Source: Vitrella brassicaformis CCMP3155 (Eukaryota; Protista; Chromerida). Taken from it: DNA of 64,000 bases. Shown piece after piece: positions 48,701 through 60,430 of the stretch. A program made the position numbers and the translations under genes. The notes beneath the pieces are model-generated. The model saw only the letters and a list, made by a program, of their open reading frames with translations. It was not told where the DNA came from and did not search any database. The stretch is taken from NCBI GenBank assembly GCA_001179505.1, contig CDMY01000718.1, positions 62,001 to 126,000 of the forward strand. The letters run 5' to 3'. The first letter of the stretch is position 1; every line of letters begins with the position of its first letter.

Positions 48701-49254
48701 GCGTGTCGTCGCTCTGACGCCCTCCACACCTCTCCTTGACGCGTCGCAGCTGATGGAGAGCGAGCTGACCGACACGGCCGTCGTCATCTCGCCGCCGTCA
48801 GCCGACATTACTCCTACAGCCGGCGTGTACGACTGGCGCGCACAGGGCGGCAGCAGCGAGATTGTGGGCGTGCTGACGGCGGGCGACATCCAGCGATTTG
48901 TGGACAGGGAGAGGGCGGCAAGCGGCCAGCAGCAGGAGTCGATTGCGTTTGATGTGCTGGGCAAGGCGACGGCGTCTGCGGCCATGACGAGTGAGCTGCT
49001 TTCCGTGCGTGAGGGCGATTCGCTCGAGAAAGCGAGGGAGACTCTGTCTGCCGAGGGCCTGCAGCTGCTACCAGTGCTCGACCAGGTGATTGATCGACAC
49101 ACCCACCAAACCGCGCACATCGTTTGACTGTCTGCCGCTGTGTGTATACGTGTGCATTTAGGAGGGCATGTTCCTGGGCGTTGTGTCGAAGGAGAGCATC
49201 GCATCTGCGGCTCAGATAGAGAGACTCAAGAGGCGGATAGGACTGCCGAAATAG
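45736..49254 (+). CDS. CLC-family chloride channel/transporter with two CBS domains, prokaryote-like plant CLC-e/f type; possibly plastid-targeted
   Basis: ALLVPALGGLLVG, TLGTGCSLGPEGPAVELG, LLSAGAAAGVAAGFNAPVA|GVFFALE, GLVGGTFAPSLFLGA, RAPLTGTLLLFELTHNYDIVLP, then CBS-like segments. The start ATG is uncertain (45736, 45778 or 45796). Confidence 0.92.
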
Positions 49255-49496
49255 ACAGGCAGATCCGTGTATGTGTGTGTCATAGCGGTTGTCCTTTTTA
49301 CGTGGCAAGAGCCGCAGTGTGGCGGCAGACCTCAATCATTTGTTGTGGCGAGAGAGTCGGTTTGAAAGCGACTGGGAGTGTCTTTTATGGATATACGACA
49401 AACAAACGAACGCACGAACGGATGAATGACCTTGGCAGACACGCACAGGAGTTGTTGACAGGAAGGCAAGGCACTCGGTGCACACATTCACAACAG

Positions 49497-50120
49497 TGTG
49501 ATACTGCCATCCAGTCCGACCGCTGAATTTACGCAGCGTACGCAATGCGCAACGGGAAAGAAAATATCGTCCTCGCCCGAGGCGTGTATCCAAGTGCGTT
49601 GGGGCTCTAACACTGTCGTGTTTGGCGTTCTTGTGCCGAGCCTCGACCACACAGTGTTGGACCTCAAGCAGTACATATTGGAGACCGTCGGCTACACTGC
49701 CGTACGCACGAGCCCCATACAGACAGTACACACACAAGGAACACATCCAGAGGAGCGTCGTGTTGTTCTTCAGGGATTCAGGGAGGCGAGGGAGATCCAG
49801 TTCGTTAACTGCGGTGATTGTGCAGAAGACAGGACATTGAGGGAGGTGTTTGGCGCAACTGGTTTGGGAATGTCACACCTCAGACCATTTATCATCCACA
49901 CACACTGTACGGTTGACCCACACACGGCGACAAAGTGTGAAAACCCTGATCGTGTCGTGTGCAGGTGCATATACGCCCGCGGCGCCGACTGCTGTTGACG
50001 AGAGCAGAAGGGATGAACGGATACGAAGCTGTTGTGCGTGTGTTGACCCTTCAGCTTCCGTGGAGCCTGAGCGGGAGCCTGAAGTCGAAGTCAGGCACCG
50101 GTGCATCCAAGGCAGATGAG
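49497..50120 (+). other. Ubiquitin-like domain-coding exons, probably the 5' part of a decayed UBL-PARG gene
   Basis: IQVRWG..TVV..VLVPSLDHTVLDLKQYILETVG...PEERRVVLQG...EDRTLRE resembles the ubiquitin-fold pattern. Short downstream exons run toward the PARG remnant. No clear ATG. Confidence 0.4.
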
Positions 50121-50352
50121 GCTGGAATGATTTACAGGAGAGAGGAGATTGGCGTCGGCGGCCGTGTCTGTATCTTTTTTTCAAGACTTGGTGTCGAACA
50201 AGCCTGCGATCTCAGTAGACTGATGTTCATTGTCGGCGAGACCTGATCTCAAACAGACGCTCACTTAGCAATGAAGGTTCACCCTCCAATGTGTCTCTTC
50301 GTGTGGATATGCGGAGAAAATCAGAAGGTCGCGCCTATCTTATCATGCATCC

Positions 50353-50713
50353 ATCGGTGGCGGGACGCTGGACTACGGTACGCAGACACAAACAGGCACA
50401 GGAAAACATGTGAGTGCACATCTGCATGTGTGTCTGCGCCTTGCTGTGTCTGCGTATGTCCTGGCAGGTGCGGTGCAGGAGGAGATCTTGTTTTCGATCG
50501 AGCCGGAGTGCCTCGTCGCACGCCACATTTCCCCAAAGCAATGCAGCCCACAGAGGCCTTCCTATCGTCGGCTCCAAGACATTCAGCAAAACACCTGGCC
50601 ACGGCCGCGAGACCCTCAGCTTCGCCGGTCACGCCCACCACACCGCCCCCATGAGACACATCGATGGCCATCCGGTTCTGAACAGGTCATCGTGGTGCCG
50701 TCAACTTTGGCAA
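50353..50713 (+). pseudogene. PARG: Frameshifted PARG catalytic-domain fragment, paralogous to 33400-33790 and including the homologous intron
   Basis: IGGGTLDYG|AVQEEILFSIEPECLVAR, then near-identical DNA to the intact PARG (atcgtcggctccaagacattcagcaa; atgagacacatcgatggccatccggttctga) with several small deletions that break the frame. The intron sequence is also similar. Confidence 0.85.
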
Positions 50714-51658
50714 CGCGTGTGGGTAAATATGAAGCGGGTAACATGCGAGCGGAGCCTCGGTGTGCCCAAGGTTACGGATCGTTCCATCTGTCTGTGCAGG
50801 TGAACGATGAAGCTGACATACATACAGACATGGTGCTGCCTGATGACAGCTAAATGAGTCGTTCTTTGGTTTGTCACCGCCGTCTTTCGTTGCTGCGTAT
50901 TCATACGACATGTTTTCAACATTCGTCTTTGGGGGTATGCATGCGCCGACAGTGTACTGAGTGTCAGACAGCACATTCCCCTTTGAACAATCCAAGTGCA
51001 CATATGCAGAGAAGGAAGAATGAACAAGTGAGCAAACGTCCCACGACAGCAAGAACTCCCCACCCCACACGCAATATTGACACACGCATCCACACGAAAA
51101 GGAGTGCCGCTGCACACTCACCCCCCCACCACTGCTGTCAGAGTGTGTTGTCCGTGGGCCATATCAGTTTCTTGTGCTTGGGCGAGAGAGAGGGAATTCC
51201 GCGTCAGACAGCCGAGACCCCGGGCACATGAATGTACATGCACACACACAAGAAAACCGACAGGTAAGCAAACAGTCCCACCAGCAAGAGAAAGTGAGAG
51301 TCTATCGTCCATACGCACCAACACACCCTTGTAGACACACCACTTGAAAATATCCACACGACGTGTGCAACAAATGCGGCCTCTCCCAACAGCGATCCAT
51401 CCAGATCATTCATTCTACCAGCGCCCTGAGATTGACATGCGTTTCGTATGATGGCTTGTGTTGGGTGGCTTCATTATCGTGTGTCTCCTACCCCGTGTTG
51501 TGTGTGCTGGAGTATATGTGGAGTATATGTCCTGGCCCACTGCTGGCGAAAGGCGCGTCCTGTCCAGCAGCGTGTGACACCTCTCCTCCCGCAATAACCT
51601 GTACACACACACGCCAGGACACGTGAACAAATTCATATCTCTCATCGGCCCCGTGTTT

Positions 51659-54570
51659 TCACCTTTTCAGGTCATGCTTTGACAGCTCCTGTCTATGGTC
51701 GTCGTGTCTCATCTGCGGCACAGCGTCGCCCGCACTGAATCGCCTTCTTCTTTCCACAACTCTCCGCCTCTCGCTTGACGGCAGGTAGCCCATTGTGGCA
51801 GCCCGCTGCCGCCTCAACACATCCTGCCACACGGCCATCTCCCTCTCAGCTCTTGGCGTGTCAAGAGCCATCATGGCGGCCCGCTGGACGAGAGCATTGA
51901 TGAGGGGCGAAGGGGAAGACTGGGGTGAGGACGCTGAGTGTGCATCCGAGGTGGCACCGATGGTCAGGGACGTGCGTGAGACGGGCGATGCTGCACTTGC
52001 CGCCTCGTGTGTGGCCTCGTGTCTCTTCATGGCTGATGAAGGTGGCGAAAGGGGCTGGTCGGGGTGATTTGACAGATGGGGGCGGGACATCGGGGTTGAC
52101 TCCTCGTCGATATCCGACAACTCCAACGGGCCTCTGAGAAAATGACGGCGAACAGATGTTGGTTGCCACGCATTGAGATATGGCAGTCTTTTTTCTCCCT
52201 GCGCCTCACGTGACAGCACTTCTCAGCTTCGTCGACGATATTTGCTGCCTCTCTGTCGACGCGCTTTCTCTCACTTTCCGCCTCCTCGACCGGAGGTCCT
52301 CCCACTCAGCCTCGCTCAGCGGGTGACTATACCGCCTCTTGGCCACAGACCGGACGTTCAGAGGTATGGGTACGGGTGGGGATGCATCGGATGATGATGC
52401 CGGCCCTACATCAGCGGCCGCCTCTTCACCTGGGGCGACGAGACGCACTCTGATGGGCCTTCTCTCGGGGGGTGATGTTTCATGTCGCTGGCTGCTGCGT
52501 GCTGCCCGGGATGGGTCGTCTGTTGCCTCTGGGTTGACGGGTGGTGCCGTCATGCGACGAGGGCTGAGGAAACCCGGCCTGGAGCTCAACACTGCAGGCA
52601 GGCCCGATGATATGAAGAGAAGATGCAGTCGACGAAAGCCAACAATAACCATGTCTCAGCCGGACCTGATCTGCTCCTGAGTCGGCTCTCAGAGAGGGAG
52701 GCGATCGGCGACTCTGAACACGAATGGACACGAACACGAATTTCCCTTGGAGTTTCGTTCGTGTTTAGGTGACTTACGTCCATCAATGCTCCTCAGTGTC
52801 GGCATACGAGGCAAGAACGACGCCACACCAAGACCAAACCTGCGAGGACGCACGACACACACGACCTTCCTCCACGTCTCCCTCCTCCTCTCCCTGGTTG
52901 GCTGGCTGACCGTCTGAGGAAGACCTGTTCGGCTCGTGCCTTCCTGTACGGAAGACTGCGATACTGAGGCGGCAGGTCCTCCAGATTGGTAGGGTGCTTC
53001 TTCTCCAAATGAAGGGCAGCGATCTGACAAACAAATTAAGCAATGGAGAGAGGACGACCGGCAGGGAGACTATAATGTCTCTGTATGCCAACTGACGATG
53101 CAGATGCCCTTCGTGTGCAGGTTGGGAGACTGGAGAGCGCTGCAAACGTTTGCGAAGGTACGATCAGTCACGTGTCTCTCCGCTGCCGGCTTTTACCTTT
53201 GTATGAGTACGATCCACAACGTGAGGGGCAGAGAAAGGTCCTCCATCGCCGCCAACGAATGCAAACGATGACGAGCAGACTGAACAAAGCGCAGAGTCGG
53301 CCACACTGAGTCGACCGTGCAGCCTATGCAGTCTTCTTTCTCCGTCATGCTCTCACCATCCAGAGAAAGGGCCCGAGTCTCACCGGCCTCAGGCGCATCA
53401 GTGAGGGCTTGCCCTCCTCGGGCAACAGCTCCTGCAGACCTGAACAAATACCATATGAGCATGGGTGTGGGTGCAAAGATTTGGTGGACAATGAGATGAG
53501 ACATACCGATGGTGAAACACTCGATGGCCGACCGATGAGCACAAGAAAAGTCATACGTGCGAGATTTCAGGACAAGAGAAAATGCAGCCCTGCATTGACA
53601 ACAGAACCAATTGGACAGAACAATTGCATGATCATCTCGCTCTCCTTCTCCTCACCAGTGTGGCGGCCTGAAGTCCGCCTGCAGCCTCTTGAACGTGAAC
53701 GTGTACGCACCAAAAACGACACCCAGCACATCTTCCAGCAACACTGACACGACCAACACCACCGAAACAACACATGTGCTTATACATCTATCGCGAGCCC
53801 AGCAGGCGCTTGCCCACCTTTCTTCCACTTGATCGTCCTGAAGCATCGTCTTGTCTCGTCCGTAACGCTCTCCTGTCCTTGCGATGACATGTGAGAGGTG
53901 GTGCTCCTGGTGCGGCGGAAGGCAAGCATCTTCGCCAGGCGATTCGCAGCTGGCAACTTGCTCTGCTGCTTCCGCTGCATGGTGCGTGCTTCAGAGGCAC
54001 TGCACACGGCCAGGGCCGTCCCGTCGGAGGTCAGCTTGACGAACTGCAAAGGCAAAGAGGAATGGAGAATGTGTCGCAAGTGGGGTGATGGAGATGATTC
54101 TGACCTTGAATTTCTTGCTGCTGACAGCTTGTGTGTTGTAGGAGAATTTCGTCAGCCACTGACCAGCCTTGAGCAGCATGAACCGCTTGCAAGACCGACA
54201 ATACGGGGCATCAAAATCCATCAAACTGAAGGCAATCGCACGTCTCAACATGGCTGGTACTTCCTCCTCCTCCTTGTCTGCTCACTCTGTGAGGAACGAT
54301 TCATCGACCAGTGCACCACAATTGGAGCATGAAGTATCGACGCCTTGGCTCTCGACGGCGTCCGACGTCGACGTCAGCGTCCGTGCCTTCACGAATCGAT
54401 TTCGCTTCTGGAGGGCCGCAAACTCCTTCGTCTGGCGCTTCTGCAGCGCGTGCCTGTAAAAGAAGGGAGAGTTTGAACAGCATCCCAAGTCGCTTGTTGC
54501 ATCTGCTTTTTTTACTTTGCTTTGAGGCGTTTTCTGCTCCCCAACGACTGAGATGAGGCAATGCGGCCAT
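51659..54570 (-). CDS. Protein with an N-terminal CxxC...CxxC zinc-ribbon-like segment, a PLC-type PH domain and a long disordered C-terminus
   Basis: Spliced sequence: SCSNCGALVDESFLTD|LMDFDAPYCRSCKRF-LLKAGQWLTKF...KKFK|FVKLTSDGTAL; LEDVLGVVFGAYTFTFKR...PPHW|AAFSLVLKSRTYDF. This follows the PH pattern of PLC/PRAF proteins (FSL....RxLD). The C-terminal exon structure is approximate. Confidence 0.6.
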
Positions 54571-54691
54571 CTTGCAAGGAAGGAGATGATACAGGAGGCC
54601 GCTCACTCGGACTCGACATCCTCGCTGGGGGCTTTGGGGGAGTTAAGCTCGCGCGCATGCATGCTTTGCCATCAGGCGATCCAAAGGAGAG

Positions 54692-56752
54692 ATGGCAGTC
54701 GTAGAGGACTCCTCGGCTGACGTGCTGCTGAGACGGCTTGGACTGGAGAGGTTCTGCAATGCCTTTGAGGCGGCTTTCTTGACAAACTGGGATGTCCTGT
54801 GTGAAGTGACGCACGATGACCTGCTCGCCATTGGCATGCAGGACAAGAATGGTACACAACAGAAGATCTTGGAGGTGATTGATGACCGCAATTTGTTGTT
54901 TTGACTGCAGAGCGTGATATTCTTTTGCATGCAATCCATAGCCACTTGCAGCCGACCCAAAGAGATGACCACGAGGACGAGACGGTGTCCCTGGAGCCAA
55001 GAAAGACAACTGCAGAGACAATCACTTCAGAAACTGGCTTGCCGGACGGGCAAGAAACATACAGGGTGAGCACAACAGCTGAGACACTCACGTCGATCGC
55101 GTGTCTTCCTTTGTTGGCCCTGTCAGTCGCACGGTCCCTCTCAGCCAATCTCTCTGGATCTCCTTTGTCGGTCTGGCGTGTCGGGACAGACAAGACGGAA
55201 AGGCGAGAGCAGGCGGACATACGCCGGGAGATTGACCCATCTGAAGCTGGAAGAGAGGCACATCGCAAAAATTGTACACAGGAAGACGCAGGCGGACCTG
55301 CACAGATGCATATTGTTTGCGTCTTGTTACTTTGTCAGGAGCATTTCGACATCCTTTGTCGGCAACTGCAGGTACTGTATCTGTACAGCAACGCAGTGAC
55401 GAAGATCCAGCACCTTCCCGAGACTCTGACACACCTCTATCTGCAAAACAACCGCATTAGAAGGATGGAGGGACTCGACAGGCTTGGGATGCTGCGCAAA
55501 CTGTCAGCTGAGACAAACAGAATTCATGCCACTGACACACAGTGCCCCACATGTGGTGTGGTGTGCAGGTATCTGAGTGAGAACTGCATAGAGAGAGTGG
55601 AGGGGCTGCAGGGGTGTCAAAGCTTGGAAGAGTTGTATATCCAGGTAACAAAGACACTAGCAGTCGTGCACTGACCAATTTGACCTCCCACCGGATGCGC
55701 CCGTTTGTGCAGGAGCAGCGCATATCAGCTCCTCTGTCATTCTGCCCCAAGTCGATACGCACCGTTGCAGTGAGCAACTGAAAAACGGCAAGAATCACCC
55801 AGTACGATTCTGTCTCCCTCCTGCCAGGCCAGTTTGCACACTCTCGACGCCTCCTCCAATCATTTGGACGCCCTTGAGCCCCTGGTGCAGCTGCAGTGCC
55901 TAGAACATCTGTTGGCTTCTGGCAACCAGCTTGCCTCCCTCCCTGACGTGCTCTCGTTGTTCCACTCCGTCCCGTCTCTGACACACGTCGATCTTAGCGG
56001 CAACCCGGTGACGAGCCAGCACAAGTATCGAGACAGGGTAATACTGGCCGCTGCTGAGACCGATGGGGGACTGGGTGAGTAGGTCTGCTTACATCGGTAT
56101 TTCTTGAGCTTGTTGTGTGTTTGTCGTGTGCAGAGGTGCTTGACGGCCGCCGCGTGACGGCTCACGAGAGAGAGTTCCTGACAAGATGGCGCGCCGTGCA
56201 GAAGGGAGAGACCAAGCACAGGTGAGGGGGAGGAAAGAGACACGAGACCATGCAGACTGAGAGGTCGTATGGATGGCTGCAGGCTGCGCCAGATGATGGG
56301 CGAGCAGCGGAAAGTGCGCACGCGGACCAATCTAAAGCTGCCCCCTCTGTCTCACGCCCCCACGACCACCAGCTCGTCGCTATTCTCACCATCAACCCCA
56401 CACACCACATTCACGAGAAGAACGGGTTTTGCAGCTACGCGACGGGACGAGACACAGGGGTCTGCTGGCGTTAAGGCCCGTGCAGTGCGTCGGTCGGCCC
56501 CCGAGTGGCCGTGGAAAGATGGTATGCTTGAGATCCCTTTCATTGATACATCGACGTGACGCATTTGTATCGTTTTGTACATATTCACACAAATATATGA
56601 TCGCAGATGTCTTGCATTTGTCCTTGATGCGGACATTTCATGGCACTGTATGGCATGCCGATCGCACTGCTACTCTCTCTGTCATGGACCAGTCTGTCAT
56701 GTCGTCGCATATATGCCTTGCATCCCTTTCTCGGATCTCTCTGGTCCGCTGA
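54692..56752 (+). CDS. PPP1R42: PPP1R42/LRRC67-like (Sds22-family) leucine-rich-repeat protein with an extra N-terminal SAM domain
   Basis: LRRs LQVLYLYSNAVTKI, LTHLYLQNNRIRRMEGL, YLSENCIERVEGL, LHTLDASSNHL and VDLSGNPVTSQHKYRDRVI, then LDGRRV...EREFL..W, follow the PPP1R42 layout. The N-terminal LLRRLGLERFCNAFE...THDDLLAIGM...RDILLHAI is SAM-like. The 3' end is uncertain (56559-56752). Confidence 0.8.
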
Positions 56753-57083
56753 CAGCGTCGTGCTTACTCGTGTTCCCTCACGAGTAGAGAAGCACCATGT
56801 GGACAGCAAAAAATACGAAGAATGTGAGCGCAGTGGCTGGCCACTGACAAAGACTACTTACGATAGACAAGTAGATGTACGCCGCATTTTGGGCGCGTCA
56901 TGGACTATATAGATATGCAAACACACATCTTGTCTCAGTGCATAGATCTACAGGCCCCCGCATAAACCAACCAGGGCAAAAACAGACGCATGTCGATCAC
57001 ACATGCATAGACACGGATACGTCTGTGCAACTACACACATCCGGATCGGTCAATGATCAGCCCTATGAAATGACAGTGCCGAC

Positions 57084-58186
57084 TTAGTCGAAGTCAATAG
57101 TTGTGCCTACGCCAGGGATGGTGGCAGCTGGGGGAAGGTTCGGCACGCAGTTGCCGGTGTGGGGAAAGCCCAGCAGCTTCTGCGCGCACGCAACGAGCAT
57201 GCAGGCACATGTACTGCACAATGAGTGGATTGTTCGTTCGTTTCTTACCCATTCACACGGTCCTCCGCCAACATCGCACTGCACCTGCAGCACAGCAATC
57301 ACCGGGACAGGAGGAGAGGAAGGGGATACTTCACATGACCGACCGTGTGTCCCTGCGTGCGTGTCTTCAAGCATGACACCCACCTCCACTTCAATCTGGT
57401 CGATTGTCCGGGTGTCGATCACGACAGGGTTGCCGTACACCCCCGGAACGTTGTCATCACCACTGCAGGAATTCAACGAGCCGCTGCGTCAAAGAAGACA
57501 ACAGATACACATGGATGGATCAAGCAGCCAGTGTAGAGGATGGCCCGGGCGCCCACATACGTTCCTGGCGTTGATCCTTGGAAGCAGAACAAGACGTTCC
57601 CGCGGATGGCGTCGCCCGCCAACACGTAAAGCGCCGGCGAGTACTGATTCAGCTGGATAGCCCCCAGCGGCACAGAAGTCCCCTCAGGCGTCGTGCAGCC
57701 GTCACCTGCCTGCGTGCAGCTCCTCTCGATGACCATACCTGCACACATACCAATGCACACACGCATGAAAATGCCGCCGTCCATCTGTCAATGTGGCTGG
57801 AGTTGTGCACCAGGGCAAGTTGTTGGTGGGCCTGGTGGGAAGTACTGCTCCGGCTCATGACCTGCAGACACACCCACATGCAATCTCCCTTTCTGTGGTT
57901 GCCCACACACGCCCGTGCTCGTACCCGACGACCGTGAGCGGTTGCGGCCACCGAGCATCACAGTGCTGTTGCTCTGCCCAGCTGTAGCCGCTGCTGCCGA
58001 CGAGGTGTCGTGGTTCTGGTGGCTCTGCTGTCGGTCATTCAAGAACCTCTGTGTCTTCTGAATGAGCTCTTCGAGCCGCTGCTGGTCCGATGCTGTGATC
58101 TCTGCCTGCCGCTCCCGGGCGTGAGCGACGCTACTGGACAGGAGTACAACAGACAGCAACAGCAGAGGGACCAACGAGCGCCGCAT
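57084..58186 (-). CDS. Secreted cysteine-containing protein of unknown function
   Basis: Clear signal peptide MRRSLVPLLLLSVVLLSSSVAHA. Downstream exons contain spaced Cys/Gly/Pro residues and end GTTIDFD-stop. Confidence 0.6.
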
Positions 58187-58420
58187 GACGACACCAATCA
58201 ATTTGGCTGACAACGGTTCGCTTGCCGTACGCGTTGTGTAGTGTAAATTGACTGGGCTCGAGCCGGAATCCATGCGATTACGCACTCACCGACTGCTGCA
58301 CAGACATGCAGTCCCCTCTATGCGACGACAACTATATATGCAAAAGCTCCATGCATCCATCGTGCATGACACATCTAGCTATCTCACTCGTCCGTTTCCA
58401 GTCTCCTCCCTCGCTATCAG

Positions 58421-60172
58421 TCAGTATTCGAACCCCCACTCACGCACACACTCGTCCCAGTAGCCCCTCACACCCTCACCCCGCAACCGCCACACATAAT
58501 ACCGCCTGCCGAGCCGCCGGCGGGTCCTCCTGGCCGGCTGCTCGGCCTCCGTCTGGTGGCCGTTCTCCTCTCGGATGGCTGGCGCCAACACAGACGACCG
58601 CCTGGAGGGCTCGATGCCAGGCGAGAGGGGATGGCGGGCAATGGGTGGCGTCAGAGGGACTGACAGGGACGGGGAGCGCGTGTGGCTGGCGGCTGTGGTA
58701 GGCCCGGTGGTTGAATGCCGCTTGTCGGCCTCCTTGCTTGGTGGCTGCTGGGTGCTCACAGGTTGGGGGCCGTCGGCAGGCTGCTGCAGGCAGACAGAGA
58801 GGGGGAGGGGGAAGGAAGGGCACGCCAGCTCGTCCGATGATGACGTGTCCGACAGGGAGGGCGACAACGAATCTGCAGGACAGAGGACAGAGATGCACGT
58901 GTGTGCGGACGCCTCCCACGGTTACGTAACCTGCCCCTTTCCTCCCCACCTTCTGCATCCCTCTTGCCCCGCTTCCCTGGCACCCGATATTCCATGGCGC
59001 TCTCGCTGGGGTACACCATCACAGGCCGGGCCAGGTGCACCACAGCGCCGCCGCTACTCGATGGCACGCAAGACGATGAATTAGCCGGCACCCGCACCGG
59101 AATCGACACAAATGGCTGAAAAGTGGTTGTGTCCTCTCTCGACTGGCCCTTGGACCGTTTCTTGGGCGACTCGGGTGGCCCGAGCGGCCCCGAGGGGACG
59201 GCGGGGATGGCCACGCGAAGCTCCGCAGGCCACATGGCGGTCTGCTGCTCCTGGTAGTGGCGCTGCAGCTCCTGCGTGTGCTGCATGAGCCAGTTGCGGA
59301 ACTGCTGCGGTTGGCCGTGACGGCTGGACCGCCGCCTCCCCCTCTTGCGCACAGAGGATGGGCACGACCGGCTGCGTGTCTTGATGCGACGTGCCGGCCT
59401 CTCGTCGTGAGGACACATGGCCACCTCCTCTTCCCGCTGCACGCCGAACTCACCATTATCCTCGCCCTCGTGCGTGCCATAGGAGCCTTTTGTGTGCTGA
59501 TTGATGGAGTCGCCGTGAGCAGCCAGCTGCTCAGCTGCGGCAGCGGGGGGCTGGGAAGGGGGCGACTGCCCAAACAGGCGATGCAGGAAGGGAGGGCGAG
59601 CGCGCTGGCGGGGAGGGATGGCGTGGGTGTTGTTGCTAGCTGTGCTGTTAAGCTTCTTCTTCTCCTTGAGTAGCGTGTCTATGTGAGTGCTATCCCGCTC
59701 AAGGACAGCCTCGTCGTAAGCCAGCGCCTGGCGATACGCGCGAATCTCCTGAAGGCATGAACAGGACAGCAGAACAGACAGATGCAGGAGGCTTGCTGAT
59801 ATGCTGCAGACACACCTGCATGAGCTGCATCCGTCTCTGCGTCAGTAGAGGGATGTCCTGCTCCAGCTCCCCAACTACAGTGCCCATCGCCTCTCGATAC
59901 GCCGCCAGCTGGCCATTCAGCACTCCCTCCCTGCCCTCCTGCACACTTCTAAGCTCCGACAACGCCATCCGCTTCGGCTCATCAGCTTGGCTGGCGTGCG
60001 CAGCTGATGCCATCCCCAATCTCTCCATGCCGTCGTCGATGCAGACGCCATTGTGGGCGTGCGATGGCGTCTGTGGTGCGAGGGAGTTGTCGCTGGAGAA
60101 GAGCGGCGAGGAGGAGGAGGGCTGAGGCGCCGCCGTGGACACAGACATGGAGGAGGACGATTTAAGGCTCAT
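58421..60172 (-). CDS. Hypothetical protein with a short coiled-coil and Ser/Pro/Arg-rich regions
   Basis: ORFs 59699-60367 and 58756-59442 are linked by GT-AG-flanked segments; heptad-like LSELRSVQEGREGVLNGQLAAYREAM. No domain recognised. Confidence 0.45.
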
Positions 60173-60430
60173 CGCAAATGGAACGATCTCAGACACTCGC
60201 AGAAAGCTAAGAGAACGCCTCGGCGCGTACCTTGCGGTTCTTCTCCCCAAGGCATTCGAGCTCGCAACTCTCCTCGGTCGAACCCACGTGCGCCGCGCGG
60301 AGGCTTCTTGGCAGTGCAGACAGAACGCTGAGAGGCCTGGTTGACAGGTCCATAGACTACGCGGCACTCCGTGCGTCTGCGTCTTGCAATCACCCGTCGC
60401 TCATTCCCACCGAGAGCGGGGGACGGTGTG

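Noticed and set aside
54226-54285. In-frame TGA (54282-54284, minus strand) between two CxxC motifs, suggesting selenocysteine or readthrough
   Set aside because: It lies inside a 60-nt GT-AG intron (54285-54226) whose removal keeps the frame (FLTD|LMDF). No recoding is needed.
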